Shown here piece by piece: positions 38,545-52,871 of a DNA stretch of 64,000 nt. Origin of the DNA: Chrysomallon squamiferum (Eukaryota > Animalia > Mollusca); contig CM022678.1 of NCBI GenBank assembly GCA_012295275.1, positions 2,294,001 through 2,358,000 of the forward strand, given 5' to 3'. The notes beneath the pieces are model-generated. The model was not told the origin of the DNA and did no database searches. It saw only the letters and a list, made by a program, of their open reading frames with translations. Within the stretch, counting starts at the first letter, position 1. Each line of letters opens with the position of its first letter. The position numbers were made by a program, and so were the translations under genes.

Positions 38545-39108
38545 GTATGTGAGACCACTGTTCCACTACTACTACTACTATCATAGTAATAATAACAGTA
38601 ATATTATTATCAATATGACTTCTATTATCGAGAGAGTTCAATTATTGTTACTACTATCATTACAGTGTTTACTACCACTGCTATACTATCACATCTACTG
38701 TTATTATTATTATTATTACTTGAACATCGATACCGCTACTACTACTATTACTACTACTGTTACTAAATCAGTTCGGCAAGTCTTGATATGAAAAAGATTT
38801 GTTTATAAATTTAGTTTGAGTACTAATTTACTTTTAGTTTATTTTATCAAATCACTTACATGTGTACTGTGACAGTAGTTTGTTTTGTGTTGTATGAATA
38901 ACCTCCCTTTATCTATTTATTTATTTATTATTGTTATTATTATTATTATTATTATTTGTTTATTAAATGGATAATCTCCTTTAATTTTATTTTTATTTAC
39001 TATTACTACTATACTACAATTGTATCATTATTATTGTTATTATTCCTTTGTTGTAGTAATGATAATCTCCCTTTAATAATCATCAAATAGTAACCATCAC
39101 AAGAAACA

Positions 39109-39140
<32 letters not shown>

Positions 39141-39585
39141 ATAAAATCAGCAAGATGTATGTGTCTATGTAAATAAATAAGTAAGTCAGTAAACAAAGTC
39201 AAATGTTTTGATCAATGATATTTTTATTACAAATAATTATGGACAAAATACAATGATTATCATGATTAAATTAGAACTTTTCACAAAACATTTAACCATA
39301 TTCTGTGAACACACACACACAAATACATATATATCTATTAGATGACATTTTTCGTTATTATTTAATAAAAACGTTTTATATAAGCAAAGAATCAATAATT
39401 TACTTGCTTAATTAACTACATATTTTTTAAATCAGTTTTAAATTGATATCTTAAGAACATTGCAATCTCAAACATATTTTAACAAAGAACAGCAAAATCA
39501 GTTTATATTGCTGTAGTCGTTTTACAACACAGGATAAACATTTGATCAATAACTAAATAATTACATCATCATCAAACACAATAAG

Positions 39586-39616
<31 letters not shown>

Positions 39617-42080
39617 TAATTAATAAATTATATTAAAAATTGAAAAATAAGAACAAATAAAGAAAGAATGCAAAAAGAAAAGATAAAAGAAGAGAATTAA
39701 ATAAAGTGTGAATATACATATGTGAGTCTGTGAGTGTGTGTGTTTGTGACACCACTGTGCTAGGTTACTGAAGTTTTAGATTAGAAACTTTGTATGAAAT
39801 TTACTTGTATTTCTCTCCCTTTCTTAGACTGCCTATTTTTCTATTTGTACTCTCTCTCTCTCTCAAACAGTGGACCACACATTAAGAAAAAGTTGATATA
39901 TTCTGTTATCATATTAAATCAGGGTATTTTCTGCTAACTGGTGTAAATGATGTCTGTATAAAAACAATATTAACTCTTTTGTCTGTAGAAGAAATACAGC
40001 AACAACATTATAAAAGATTGAAAGAGTGATGATTAGAAAGGAGAGGATGGAATCTTGGAAGTTTAATATCATAATTTTATCTTTGCCCACCAAGAATTTC
40101 AGTTAATTGAAAGGTTTTTTTTCTAACAGTTACAGTTAAACTTTTTGGCCTGAAAACTGATGTAACTAGATAACAACAAAATTAAACTAACTAGGTTCCG
40201 AGAAAATAAAAATATGTAGGTGAAATTAAATAACAAAAGCTAAACAGCAGGATTGCGAGTTGACTAAGAAGAAAAAATACAATAACAAATTGTGAAACTA
40301 TATTCGTCAGAACAAGTTTAAAACTACAACGACATTTAGATTCTTCACACGCCTTTGTCTGCTATTTCTATCTATCTATCTATCTGTAATTACCTGCCTT
40401 CATTTTGTTTTTAAAAAAAATCCCTCTTTTCATTGTCTTCATACAATTTTATTTCATTCAGTAAACTTTTATTTTATTTTTGATTTCATTTTTTTTTATA
40501 TTTCATTACCTTATTTGTTTTTCTCATTTTATTATTATTATTATTATTATTATATTATTATTATTATTATTATTATTATGTTGCTGTTGTTGTTCTTGCT
40601 GTTATTTGTTTTGTTTCATAGCTCTAAGATACTTACATCACATGTTACTCGAGTTCACGGTTGAATTGTAAACAAAGAGAATTTGAAACCTGTGTAGTTA
40701 ACTCTTTGTTAGAGAATAGAAAAATGTCGTTATACAGCTAGTGTTGACAATATGGCTAATTTTGTCAGATTTCAAACTTTAATGTTAAGCTACACATCAT
40801 TACTCTGGTGGTTGTTGTGAAATCGAATTAAATATTTGTATATACAATAATAATGATTATGATGATGATTATGATGATGATTATATTAAGGGAGGTGTTA
40901 GGCCTCCGCGGAAGCTCCTGAATTTATGTGATCAAGACAGCAAAAATAATACCTGAAATGAAATACTTGCCGCTGACTTAACGTTATTTATAGACAATTG
41001 TAATCTGACATCGCTTCGGTTTTATGAATAAGTTTAAGATATTAATCTGATATTCTGGTGTGAACTTGTAAAGTGCATTTATTAGTTAAGGCACATCGTA
41101 GTTAAGCATTACCATCCCAACCCCCATATATTCTTTCCGTCTCTTTATCTTATCTCCATGCAAACCAGTTTCCAACAAATTTTAAGAAAAGTTCTAATGA
41201 TCTAGCTGTACTCAAAATGGAATGTAACTTCAAGATAACAACAAAACTGTGTAATCCTAAAAGTTCTTTACTAAAATTTGAAGAATAAACATCTAGAGTC
41301 AACTAGAGAGAAATCACGCAATGCCGCCTGCACGTAGTGTTACATGGAGCGACAGCATTTGAAAGATCACCGAGCAGAGTTAAATAAAATGGCTTGGACC
41401 TTGAACTGCTGACTTCAAAGATAACTAACAAACTGCATTAGGTCCCTGCCCTTTTCTTTTTATTAAAACTTTGAAGACAAACATCCGATCAGCTAGAAGA
41501 GGAACCACGCAATGTAAGTTTGTGTAATGCGGGTGTGGCCAATCAGTATCCATTATCCAGAGAGTCAGATGTGGATGTAGATTATGTGCACAATAAAAAA
41601 AAAATTAAACCAATGAAAAACAAAACAACTAACATTAGGTTAGAAGAACGAACACCGCCACTTATTTGCGTTTTCAAAACGACAGGAGATTTGTGTATTT
41701 AACCCTGTAACTGTTATTCCATCCTGTATGTAGAAATAAGAGACTTAAATAAAAAATAAATAAATAAATATACAAATAACAATTAAAATGCAACGTTGTT
41801 GTTGCTTTGTTTGTTATTATTTTTATTATTATTATTATTATCCATTATTAATAATTATTATTTATTATTGTTATTTTTTTCTTTCTTTTTTTTCCTTTCT
41901 TTTTTTTTCTTTCTGACGAATGTTATTTTCATATTATTTGAGGTATTCGTTTATTTTTTGATTTCGTTTTATGGCATAACTACATATAATTGCGTAGACG
42001 TTTGGTTATATATTTTGATCCGATTGATTTCCGGGGACGTCTTTTAACAGTTTTTTAAAAAGAAAACAAAAATCACAAAT

Positions 42081-42280
42081 NNNNNNNNNNNNNNNNNNNN
42101 NNNNNNNNNNNNNNNNNNNNNNNNNNNNNNNNNNNNNNNNNNNNNNNNNNNNNNNNNNNNNNNNNNNNNNNNNNNNNNNNNNNNNNNNNNNNNNNNNNNN
42201 NNNNNNNNNNNNNNNNNNNNNNNNNNNNNNNNNNNNNNNNNNNNNNNNNNNNNNNNNNNNNNNNNNNNNNNNNNNNNNNN
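42081..42280. other. Assembly gap (200 N)
   Basis: Run of N. Confidence 1.
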
Positions 42281-42884
42281 ATGATTAATTATAATATATG
42301 CATTTATTTTTTTTTTTTTAACTTTTATCTGTTTAATGATTAGAATATACTAAATGAATATACATAGCAAATACATGTTTATATTTTTAGTTACACTGAT
42401 TTTGTTTTCTTATTAATTTGCTTGACAGAATGTTTTTACTACCTTTATTTTGTGTATCAACTAACTTTAGATCTAACTTCAACTTACTGTTTTATAATTA
42501 ACTGTATCTTTAATTAATGGATTAAAAAGGAGAAATGCTGTTTGTCTCCCATTTGTTACACGTCTAGCTGTTACACATCCAGTTGTTACACATCCAGTTG
42601 TTACAGTCAGTTGACTGATTTACTTAGCCAACACCTATAATATTAATGTAATAGTTACCAGTGATCAAGTGTTTTTCCATTTTCTTCTGATCACAATGAA
42701 TAAGAAATAGAAAGAAATCACTAAATGCAATAAAGAAAAGATCACACATAAAAAATATAATAATAATAATAATAATAGAAAGAAAGAAAGAAAGAAAGCA
42801 AAAAATCCCAATTTTTACATAGTTGAGACCGGCACATGTACTGTAATATATTTATGTACTTGTTTTTCTATATTTTATATTCTT

Positions 42885-43075
42885 TGCATAAATACTCTTT
42901 GACTTTACAGTGTTGCTAACTGGCTTTCAGTGAGCTTGTCGCATAAATACACTTTGACTTTACAGTGTTGCTAACTGGCTTTCAGTGTTGCTAACTGGCT
43001 TTCAGTGTTGCTAACTGGCTTTCAGTGTTGCTAACTGGCTTTCAGTGTTGCTAACTGGCTTTCTGTGAGCTTGTC
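42885..43075. repeat. 20-bp minisatellite (cagtgttgctaactggcttt)
   Basis: About six direct copies. Confidence 0.9.
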
Positions 43076-43394
43076 TTATGATAAAACGCCACAACAGGGT
43101 TTTCTCTACAACTGTCACAAGATATTTTTGTTTGCACTTTCAGAAACAGCAAATCAGTTTAACAAAATACTTGGTCTGGTTGGTTGTGAAAGTCACCTGA
43201 TAGTTGGGTTGTCTTAAGCTGTTGTTTTTGTTGGGATTAGCGTGAAATTAATTAACATTCTAGTGTCATCGATAATCAAACTGCTTTAAACTGCTTTAAA
43301 CTTCTTTATATTAACTTTTTTATTTTTTATTTTATTATTATTTTTTTTGACTTCTGGTATATTGTAATAGAGATTAATTGCTTAATTATTCCCC

Positions 43395-43715
43395 AAGCTA
43401 ATTGTGTAACAACTGGAAGATGAGTCTATTACTGTATGCTAGGTAACGAAGCTAACTGTGTAACAACTGGAAGATGAGTCTATTACTGTATGCTAGGTAG
43501 CTAAGCTAATTGTGTAACAACTGGAAGATGAGTCTATCATTGTATGCTAGGTAGCTAAGCTAATTGTGTAACAACTGGAAGATGAGTCTATTATTGTATG
43601 CTAGGTAGCTAAGCTAATTGTGTAACAACTGGAAGATGAGTCTATCATTGTATGCTAGGTAGCTAAGCTATTGTATAACAACCGGAAGATGAGTCTATTA
43701 TTGTATGCTAGGTAG
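43395..43715. repeat. 54-bp minisatellite, about 6 copies
   Basis: Unit aagctaattgtgtaacaactggaagatgagtctattattgtatgctaggtagct; single copy in the paralog near 31475-31520. Confidence 0.9.
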
Positions 43716-44128
43716 AGGGCATCTGATTACCAATTCGGTCATGAATTGTGTTTTTATAAGGCATGTGACAAATGGATGGGTACAAAATGGGATGATACTG
43801 ATAAGAGTACCACTTGATTGTGAAAGTCCATTAAATTGCTAATGTTTTAAAATAATAATTAAATTTCATAAAACTAATGTTATTATGTTGAATACTAAAT
43901 GAAAGATTTAATAAACATTATTAATATGTGTGTGTGTGACCAATATAATCTTGTTAAATAAGTAAATACTAAATTTGAATTTTGTTTAATTGAATTAGTT
44001 TAGAGTTTACTGTATCACTAATTTCTTTAAGATTTTTATTGTATATATATTCTAATGGTAATTATTATTTTTATTATTAGTATTATTATTATTAGTAGTA
44101 TTATTAATATGGAGTGTATTGTAATTAA

Positions 44129-44166
<38 letters not shown>

Positions 44167-44186
44167 ATGGAGTGTATTGTAATTAA

Positions 44187-44230
<44 letters not shown>

Positions 44231-44519
44231 GATACAGAGTGTAATGTAATGCCATTAACAGTTATAATAAATATGCTTTATAAATGGTAATTACTTTTGT
44301 TTTCTTTATCAGATGAAGTATATTTAAAAAACAAAACCACACTGCACTGGAATAATTCAGTGTACGAGTTCAGCCTGACTTTCACTAGTGAAATTGAATT
44401 ACACACCAGCGTCTCTGCTAACTCTGCTAATGGAATCTTCCATGCAAGTAAATTGTGAAATGTTCTAACAAACCACAGACCCAGTTTATTATGTTAATTT
44501 CCTCATAAAAAGTAAATTA

Positions 44520-45890
44520 GTCATGTAATGTTTGACATGTTTTAGTGCATATTCTGTAGGTTTGGGTAGAGTATGATAAATGTAATATTTGTTATGTTTC
44601 AATGGATTTTCTTGGGAATTGGGTTAGTGTGTGATACATTTAATGTTTGGTATATTTCAGTGTATATTCTCTAGGTTGGGGTGGAGTATGATAAATGTAA
44701 TGTTTGGTATATTTCAGTGTATATTCTCTAGGTTGGGGTGGAGAATGATAAATGTAATGTTTGGTATGTTTCAGTGAATATTCTCTAGGTTGGGTTGCAA
44801 TTTGATAAATGTAATGTTTGGTATATTTCAGTGTATATTCTCTAGGTTGGGTAGAGTATGATAAGTGTAATGTTTGGTATATTTCAGTGAATATTCTCTA
44901 GATTGGGTTGCAGTTTGATAAATGTAATGTTTGGTATGTTTCAGTGTGTATGGCTAGGTTGGGGTGGAGTGATAAATGTAATATTTGGTATGTTTCAGTG
45001 TATATTCTCTAGGTTGGGTAGAGTATGATAAATGTAATGTTAGGTATATTTCAGTGTATATTCTCTAGGTTGGGTAGAGTATGATAAATGTAATGTTTGG
45101 TATATTTCAGTGTATATTCTCTAGGTTGGGGTAGAGTATGATAAATGTAATGTTTGGTATATTTCAGTGTACATTCTCTAGGTTGGGGTGGAGTATGATA
45201 AATGCAATGTTTGGTATATTTCAATGTGTATGGTCTAGGTTGGGGTGGAGTGATAAATGTAATGTTTCGTATATTTCAGTGTACATTCTCTAGGTTGGGG
45301 TGGATAAATGTAATGTTTGGTATGTTTCAGTGTGTATGGTCTAGGTTGGGGTGGAGTGATAAATGTAATGTTTGGTATATTTCAGTGTATATTCTCTAGG
45401 TTGGGGTGGAGTATGATAAATGTAATGTTTGGTATATTTCAGTGTATAATCTCTAGGTTGGGGTAGAGTATGATAAATGTAATGTTTGGTATATTTCAGT
45501 GTATATTCTCTAGGTTTGGGGTAGAGTATGATAAATGTAATGTTTGGTATATTTCAGTGTATATTCTCTAGGTTGGGGTAGAGAATTATAAATGTAATGT
45601 TTGGTATATTTCAGTGTATATTCTCTAGGTTGGGGTAGAGTATGATAAATGTAATGTTTGGTATATTTCAATGTATAATCTCTAGGTTGAGGTAGAGTAT
45701 GATAAATGTAATGTTTGGTATATTTCAGTGTATATTCTCTAGGTTGGGGTAGAGTATGATAAATGTAATGTTTGGTATATTTCAATGTATAATCTCTAGG
45801 TTGGGGTAGAGTATGATAAATGTAATGTTTGGTATATTTCAGTGTATAATCTCTAGGTTGGGGTATGATAAATGTAATGTTTGGTATGTT
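44520..45890. repeat. 57-bp tandem satellite, about 24 copies
   Basis: Unit tatgataaatgtaatgtttggtatatttcagtgtatattctctaggttggggtagag. Confidence 0.95.
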
Positions 45891-46017
45891 TCAAGCTGGT
45901 TGCTCTGGGACTAAAGTGGGAATGATGATTCCAAACAGCAGCATAGAAAACAACATATTCATCAATCCAAGCATATTGACTCTGTTGGTAAATAAATAAA
46001 TAATATATATATATATA

Positions 46018-46077
<60 letters not shown>

Positions 46078-46782
46078 GTTTTTATTACATATATATACTC
46101 AGTCAATATATATTAAATAAAATGTTCTTATTACATATATATATATGTAATATATATATATATATATATATATTACATATATATATATGTAATAAGAACA
46201 TTTTATTAAATATATATTGACTGAGTTGAAGGTAAAGTTTCTGTGAGTTTTCTGTTACTTGTAGCCAGGTATTTCAGACTGATGTCACTCACAGTACAGC
46301 ACCTCAGCAATCAGGTCTTTCTCCTGTTTTTATATCTGCTTCCACATTCCTTGCGAAAAACCCCAAAACAAAATTAAAATAAGAAAATGTTTCCCGAAAT
46401 GTTGGCTGTTGACAGTACATTAGGTTGTTATAAACAGAGTTCACTGTAACATCTGTAATCTGCATAAAAACAATCTTAATTATTTTGTCTGTAGAATAAA
46501 AAGCACACTTTCTGGAATCTTTCACAAGAAAATATAATCTCTTATGTTTGTGTAAAAACTTGAATCTCTTTCAAGTGTCAAAAAAAGAAGAAAAAAGACA
46601 ACAACAGTATAATATATTTAGTCTGTTTTTACTTTGGTTTCAGTGTGCATTAAGATTAAATAATTATATGAAATACTACATATCTACACACAATAACATA
46701 AATTAAAATACTCTTTGACACACACCTACACAATAATACATTCAAAAACCCTACACAATAACCCATTAAAATGCTCGCAGAC

Positions 46783-46821
<39 letters not shown>

Positions 46822-46844
46822 GTAATAGTAATAATAATAATAAT

Positions 46845-46881
<37 letters not shown>

Positions 46882-46884
46882 GTA

Positions 46885-46932
<48 letters not shown>

Positions 46933-47398
46933 TATGTACTCTGCATCTGGTACTTTCTACATCTAGAGTAACACACTTTAATTATCAACACAAACACACA
47001 AACAAAAGTACATTAAATACTTGCTGAGTCTGATGTATGTTAAAATGCTAACAAACGTTTACTCAACAAAATACATTAAAACTATCACAGACATAAACAA
47101 AGCAACCACTAAGAATATCTTTATTAACCTTGATGAAGAATTTAACAAAATTTCTGTTTATGAATTGAAAATATTGAAGGAAATATAAATAATTCTGTTA
47201 TGTTTTTTCATTGATTGAGAGTGTTTGGCTTATGTGATGTATAGTGTGTTACAAAGAAAGAAAACTATAATTGCTTTTTTTAAATTATTTTTTTATTTTT
47301 TTATTTTATTCTTTTATAAAATCAGGTAGCAATATAGTGAAAATAAATTCTGCTGGTCTTGACAGCTATTGCGCAAAGAAAGAAATTGTTGTTATTGC

Positions 47399-47432
<34 letters not shown>

Positions 47433-48701
47433 GTTATTATTATTATACTTGAGTTATTATACTTTTTTTATTTTCTCATTCTGTATGGCTGTTTCCCCCT
47501 CACACTTCAGTGTGTATGCATGTGTGTGTGTGTGTGTGTCTGCGCATGTGTGTATGTGTGAGTTTCTATTCTAATATAAAATGAACTATATATTAAGTAT
47601 ATATGTTCATAAGTATGCAAGCATGTATGTATATATATGTATGTATGTATGCCTGTATCTATATTTGTGTTTCTCTCTCTCTCTCTCTGTATGTGTGTAT
47701 GTGTGTGTATGGATGTTACTGTGTGTATGTGTAAAGAAAGTGACCATGTTTTCATTCATGAAGGGGAAGTAACTTTACTTTTGCTACAGAGGATTTCAGT
47801 TAATAAACAGGTATTATGTTTGAAATAAAAATAATAATAAAAAGAAAATTAAAAAAAAAGTTAAAAAGTTAAAATAAAAGATTATATATAAAATAATAAA
47901 AGCATTGTATGTCTAAATGGAAAAATAATTTTATTTAATATTAGCTGTTTCTGGTATCATAGACAGAGAAATACAGACTGTTTTTTCAGGTCAATGCAAG
48001 GTATTTCATATAAATATTGAAGACAGTTAAATAAACATAAAAATTTACAAACTACAAGCAGAGTGATGAATAAAACCTGGACCCAACCTGGGACTTGATT
48101 TGAAAACTCGTCTTGTTCTGTACGTTCTACAGCTATAATACTAAAGGATATTTTAGAATTTTGTTTGAAACAATAAATAAATAAATAAACAAACAAACAA
48201 ATGTGTGTTACTGTGTGTGTGAGTGTGTGTGTGTGTCTGATAAAAACATTTTATTTAATATTAAGAGTATCTTGTATCAGAGACAGAGAAATACAAGTTG
48301 ATTGTTCAAGTCATTGTAAGGTATTTGATGTAAATATTGAAAACAGAAATATAAAAATTTACAAACTGCAACCAGAGCGAAAAGTCAATTTGAATAAAAC
48401 CTAGACACAACCTCAGTCTAGTTTTGAAAATCAAACATAACATTTAAGTATATTTTAGAATTTTAACTAACAGTTATGTTCTTATTGTTTTATTATAGTG
48501 AAGTATGTATACAGGTATGTCTCTTTATTTGCTTGTGTGTGTGTGTATTTCTATATGTATGTATATGTTAGTAATTTAAACAAATACAATATTTACTTAT
48601 TTATAATTCAGTTTAATCCATCTTTAGACTTTAGGTGAGTGCATATTATTATACATTGTACATATTTTATTTCATTTTATTATTATTATTATTATTATTA
48701 T

Positions 48702-48733
<32 letters not shown>

Positions 48734-51159
48734 ACATTTTATCACAACACTGTATTATATTTTTTCATATAATTTGATTTATTTACTACTACTACTACAA
48801 ATAAAATAAAAGTTAAAAGAAAATACATTATTTCGAGAATTTTATAACACAGAATGGATGTAAATCAATATGTTGAAATATTAGATACAGGAAGAATTAA
48901 ATGTGTATCACTAAATGCTATGAACGATAAAGAATCTGATAAACTTTGCACTAACACGTCACTAAATATTTCTATTAATATCTAACAGATTTCCTCGTCA
49001 TAAGAGGTGTATCACTGATCTTAGTACTGTGTACGGTTAAATATTTTATTTAATCATCTGAACTGTGTGATAAATTATTGCATTTGGATGTGTGTGTATA
49101 TCGGTGTGAGTGTAATAATATTGTTACCGGTGAAAGCAGAATAAATAAATTATCTATCGTTATTCTTTTCTTTTTTTGTTCTATTTGATTAATTATTGTT
49201 ATGTCATTATTATTATTATTATTATTTGTTTATTTATTTATTTATTTTTCTCATTTTGTATTTTTCACTAAGAAATGGTGTTAGAATTGAATTTCATTTA
49301 ATATTATATTAAAGGTGCTTTGATTTTCATTGTGGAATTATACTAAAGAAAACGGATATTCTCTTAGAAAAAGAGCTCTCTTTTTAAGAGGAAGTTTAAT
49401 GAACACTTTGTAATGGCTGCTTCCATGTGAAGTACAAATCGTTATCGAACGATTATGTCAAATGATACGAGAGGAATAACTGGTCCTGAAGTTACATTAA
49501 ACTGACTGAATTCGACAGAGCTGCTATGATGGGTGATGCAGTGATAATTAAAATCACAACTCTTTGAAATAATGAAAATCATTGGATCATTTATTTTATT
49601 AAATATTAAAAATAATGTTATATTTCTTTCAATTTTCAAAAGTTAAATACCAGTGTAAGTGTTCAAGAATATGGACGTAAAGCTGAAGAGGTTCGACCTT
49701 TGTGTAAGTTAATTTATTTATATTATTTTTAAGTGTGTATAAATTATTATATTAAATACAACATTTTTTGGTTTCCAGTTCGTAGTTGGAAATAAACCAT
49801 AAAGTCATCAAAAGTTCTCAGAAATCTGAACTAGATTCATATACTTTTCAAATCAAATCAAGAACTACTTAAAATTGAAAAATATTTGTAAATTGTCCAA
49901 TATTTGTACTTATTTAAGTTATTAATGAATCGTGAATTGTTTTTATTTGTTTGCATATTACTAAAAGTTATGTTAATATACCTGTCCTTGTCATACTATT
50001 TTCCTGTGCCGTAGACGATGCACATAAAATATTTTTTATTATTAATTTAAAAAACAAGATTAGCCACTGCATTAAGACTGTGAGTTTTCTCTTTCACTAC
50101 TTTTGTTTCTGACAACACTGTATAATGAGTACTAGTATTTGAATTTACCTGTATTGTATAATATGTATCTATGGCTTCCAGGTAAATCTTTGGCCTCCAG
50201 CCTACATGTATAACTAGTATTTGAATTTACCTGTATTATGGTCAGTGCTTGCAGGTGAATCTGTGGCTTGGCCTATGAATTTACCTGTGTTACACAGTTT
50301 ATAGGTGTGGCTTACAGGTAAAACTGTGTAACCTGTTCAGCACTGTTACACCTGTACAGGTTTTGTTTTGTTCACACAGGTACGGGCCACATGAAGTGTT
50401 AAGGAAGGAAGACTTCAGCATGAAGGGACAGCTGACCTGTACAGGTTTTGTTTTGTTCACACAGGTACACGTGAAGTGATGAGAAAGGAAGACTTCAGCA
50501 TGAAGGGACAGCTGACCTGTACAACACTGTTACACCTGTACAGGTTATGTTTTGTTCACACAGGTATGGGCCACGTGAAGTGTTAAGGAAGGAAGACTTC
50601 AGCATGAAGGGACAGCTGACCTGTGAGTTCAAGTTTGCAACGTTTTCCTGCAGACAACGTCGACAACACCAGCAAGACAGCGAGGAGAAAGACTACTCAC
50701 TTCAAATCCTGGAAGCTCTTGAACCAGCTGTCTGTCTGGTAAGTTTGTATGTCTCTGTCTGTCTGGTGAGTTTGTATGTGTGTCTCTCTGTCTGTCTGGT
50801 GAGTTTGTATGTCTCTATCTGTCTGGTGAGTCTGTATGTGTGTCTGTCTGTCTGGTTAGTTTATATGTCTCTATCTGTCAGTCTGTCTATTTGTTATAAT
50901 TTATAAACTAATATATAATTTAACCTTAATGATAAAAACACTAATTGTACAATAATCTAAAAAATAATGATGGCAGAAACTTAAAACAAAATAAATTGAC
51001 CATTTTGTTGCACACTTTACTTTATGAATTTTCTTTTTTTGCAGAGAAAAATTGATGCATTTTTTATTATTTGTGTTTACACTAAAAAAAAGCACCTAAA
51101 AATACAAGCCTAAATGATTTCCTGTGCTTTAAAGTAGTTGTATTACAGGTTTGTTCTTC

Positions 51160-51586
51160 CATTTGTGCTGAATACTTTGTTTCAGTTGATCAATGGTCCT
51201 AGGTTGATTAGCATAAACTGCGTTTTTTAGAACTCCCCATAGAAAGAAATCAGGTGTTGTCAATTCCAGGGATCTTGCAAGTAATTCTTAATAATGAAGA
51301 TACATTCATTTAAATCTAAAGTTCTTCGCTGTATTTTTAAGAGTGAGGGTACAATTTCAAGTCAAACCATGGAGAGTCCAGTAGCACGCGCTAAAACAGA
51401 AGTCTCGATCACAAAGAACACTACAATCAGGTAACAAAAATCATTCCAAAGACTACTACTGACAGAAGAAAATGAATAGTTCAAAAGATAATATAAAATG
51501 ACATAAAAGATGGAATTAAATTTGTTATTTTTAATATCTAATTTTATTTAAGTCTGTGGTTCGGTTAATTTGGGGACACCCTGTAT
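51160..51586. mobile_element. Probable Tc1/mariner-type remnant (one end)
   Basis: Ends in TTTGGGGACACCCTG|TA; this segment is absent from paralogous copy A. Confidence 0.4.
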
Positions 51587-51723
51587 ATTAGTTCTAACTA
51601 ATAAATAAATAACTTTGAATTTTTTCCCTTAAATGATAGTTTCAAAATAAATTATTATGTTTTCATTTTTAGTCAGAGAAAAGGCTCTGTTTCTGTTAAA
51701 ACAAATTTATTCTTTATTTACAG

Positions 51724-52447
51724 ATTGTCCAATGAGATGACTGGTGGGTGTGGTTACAGTAACCAGTAAAACAGAAACCTGTCAATCAAAATCTTTGACA
51801 TGGGAGGTAGAAGGAAAAGCTCATCTGTTGACCCAGATCAGTCCACTGCAGAGCTCGAAGTAGTGATAGTGAAATAGTAGGACAGAACACAGTGTGCAAT
51901 TAAGTGTGAAAACAGTGTCTACTGAAGTAGTATCAACTTTGTCAGTCTGTCTGTCTCTCTGTCATTGCTCTCTTCATATTATTAAAAACTAAAATTACTT
52001 CCTCAGTATCAAAGCAATACTACTTCTACTAGTATTACTGTTCTACTATTAATACGATATGTTTATAATTTGGTTTCAGTAATAATTTAGTTTTTGTTTA
52101 TTTTATCAAATCATTTACGTGTGTACTGTGACAGTAGCTCGTTCGGTGTTGGACGAGTTGCCTCCCTTCATCTGTTTATTTATTTATTATTATATTCGTT
52201 TATTGAATTTTTAATCTTCCTTAAATTTTATTTTGATTTACTTTTACTACTACTGCTACTATTACTGTTATCATTATTATCATCATCATCATCATCATTA
52301 TTATTATTATTATTATTTCTTTCTTGTCATAAGGATAATCTCTGTTTACTTATTTTATTTTTATTTACTAGTACTATTATTACTATCATCATAATCATCA
52401 TCATTATTATTCCTTTGTTGATAATCTCCCTTTAATTATTTTACTAT

Positions 52448-52478
<31 letters not shown>

Positions 52479-52871
52479 GCTGCTACTACTACTATTACTA
52501 TTACTACTGCTACTATTACTGTTACTACTACTACTACTATTACTACTACTCCCACTACTACTGCTGCTACTACTACTACTACTACTACTACTGTTTCTAT
52601 ATTTAGATTGAACTTCGGCGACAAGACCAGTCACTCTCCAGACAGCTTCTCGGCATTAGACGTGACCTGTCACAACTCACACTGAGTCGAAGCTGCGAGA
52701 GGCACCAGGACATGCTGGATGATGCACAGTGGGAAATGGGAAATGGAGGAATTTCAGCAACTGTCAAGAGTGCTCGATATTCCGTGCTACAGCTGTCTGT
52801 CTCCAGATCCTCTTAAACATATCGGTGTAACAAAACTGAACATCAGCACAAGACGATTTTCAACTTGTTAG
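51724..52871 (+). pseudogene. FAM167: FAM167-family pseudogene copy B: first exon 51724-51836 (donor mutated to AT), middle exon deleted, last exon 52607-52871 frameshifted
   Basis: IELRRQDQSLSRQLLGIRRDLSQLTLSRSCERHQDMLDDAQWEM/EEFQQLSRVLDIPCYSCLSPDPLKHIGVTKLNISTRRFSTC* matches the FAM167 C-terminal domain (...[20 protein letters not shown]); a 7-nt duplication (GGAAATG, about 52734-52747) shifts the frame. Confidence 0.85.

Larger units (their letters stand above)
30600..39080 (+). repeat. Segmental duplication copy A (copy B at about 42300-52440)
   Basis: Long colinear high-identity blocks, e.g. 33290-37050 ~ 46300-50120 and 37520-37860 ~ 51585-51905. Confidence 0.9.
42300..52440 (+). repeat. 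Segmental duplication copy B
   Basis: Colinear with 30600-39080; differs by minisatellite expansions and insertions. Confidence 0.9.

Noticed and set aside
44520-45890. Regular repeat array resembling CRISPR, or a 19-aa repeat protein (KYTKHYIYHTLPQPREYTL)
   Set aside because: Head-to-tail 57-bp satellite with no unique spacers, eukaryotic context, no cas genes, and frequent frame-breaking indels.
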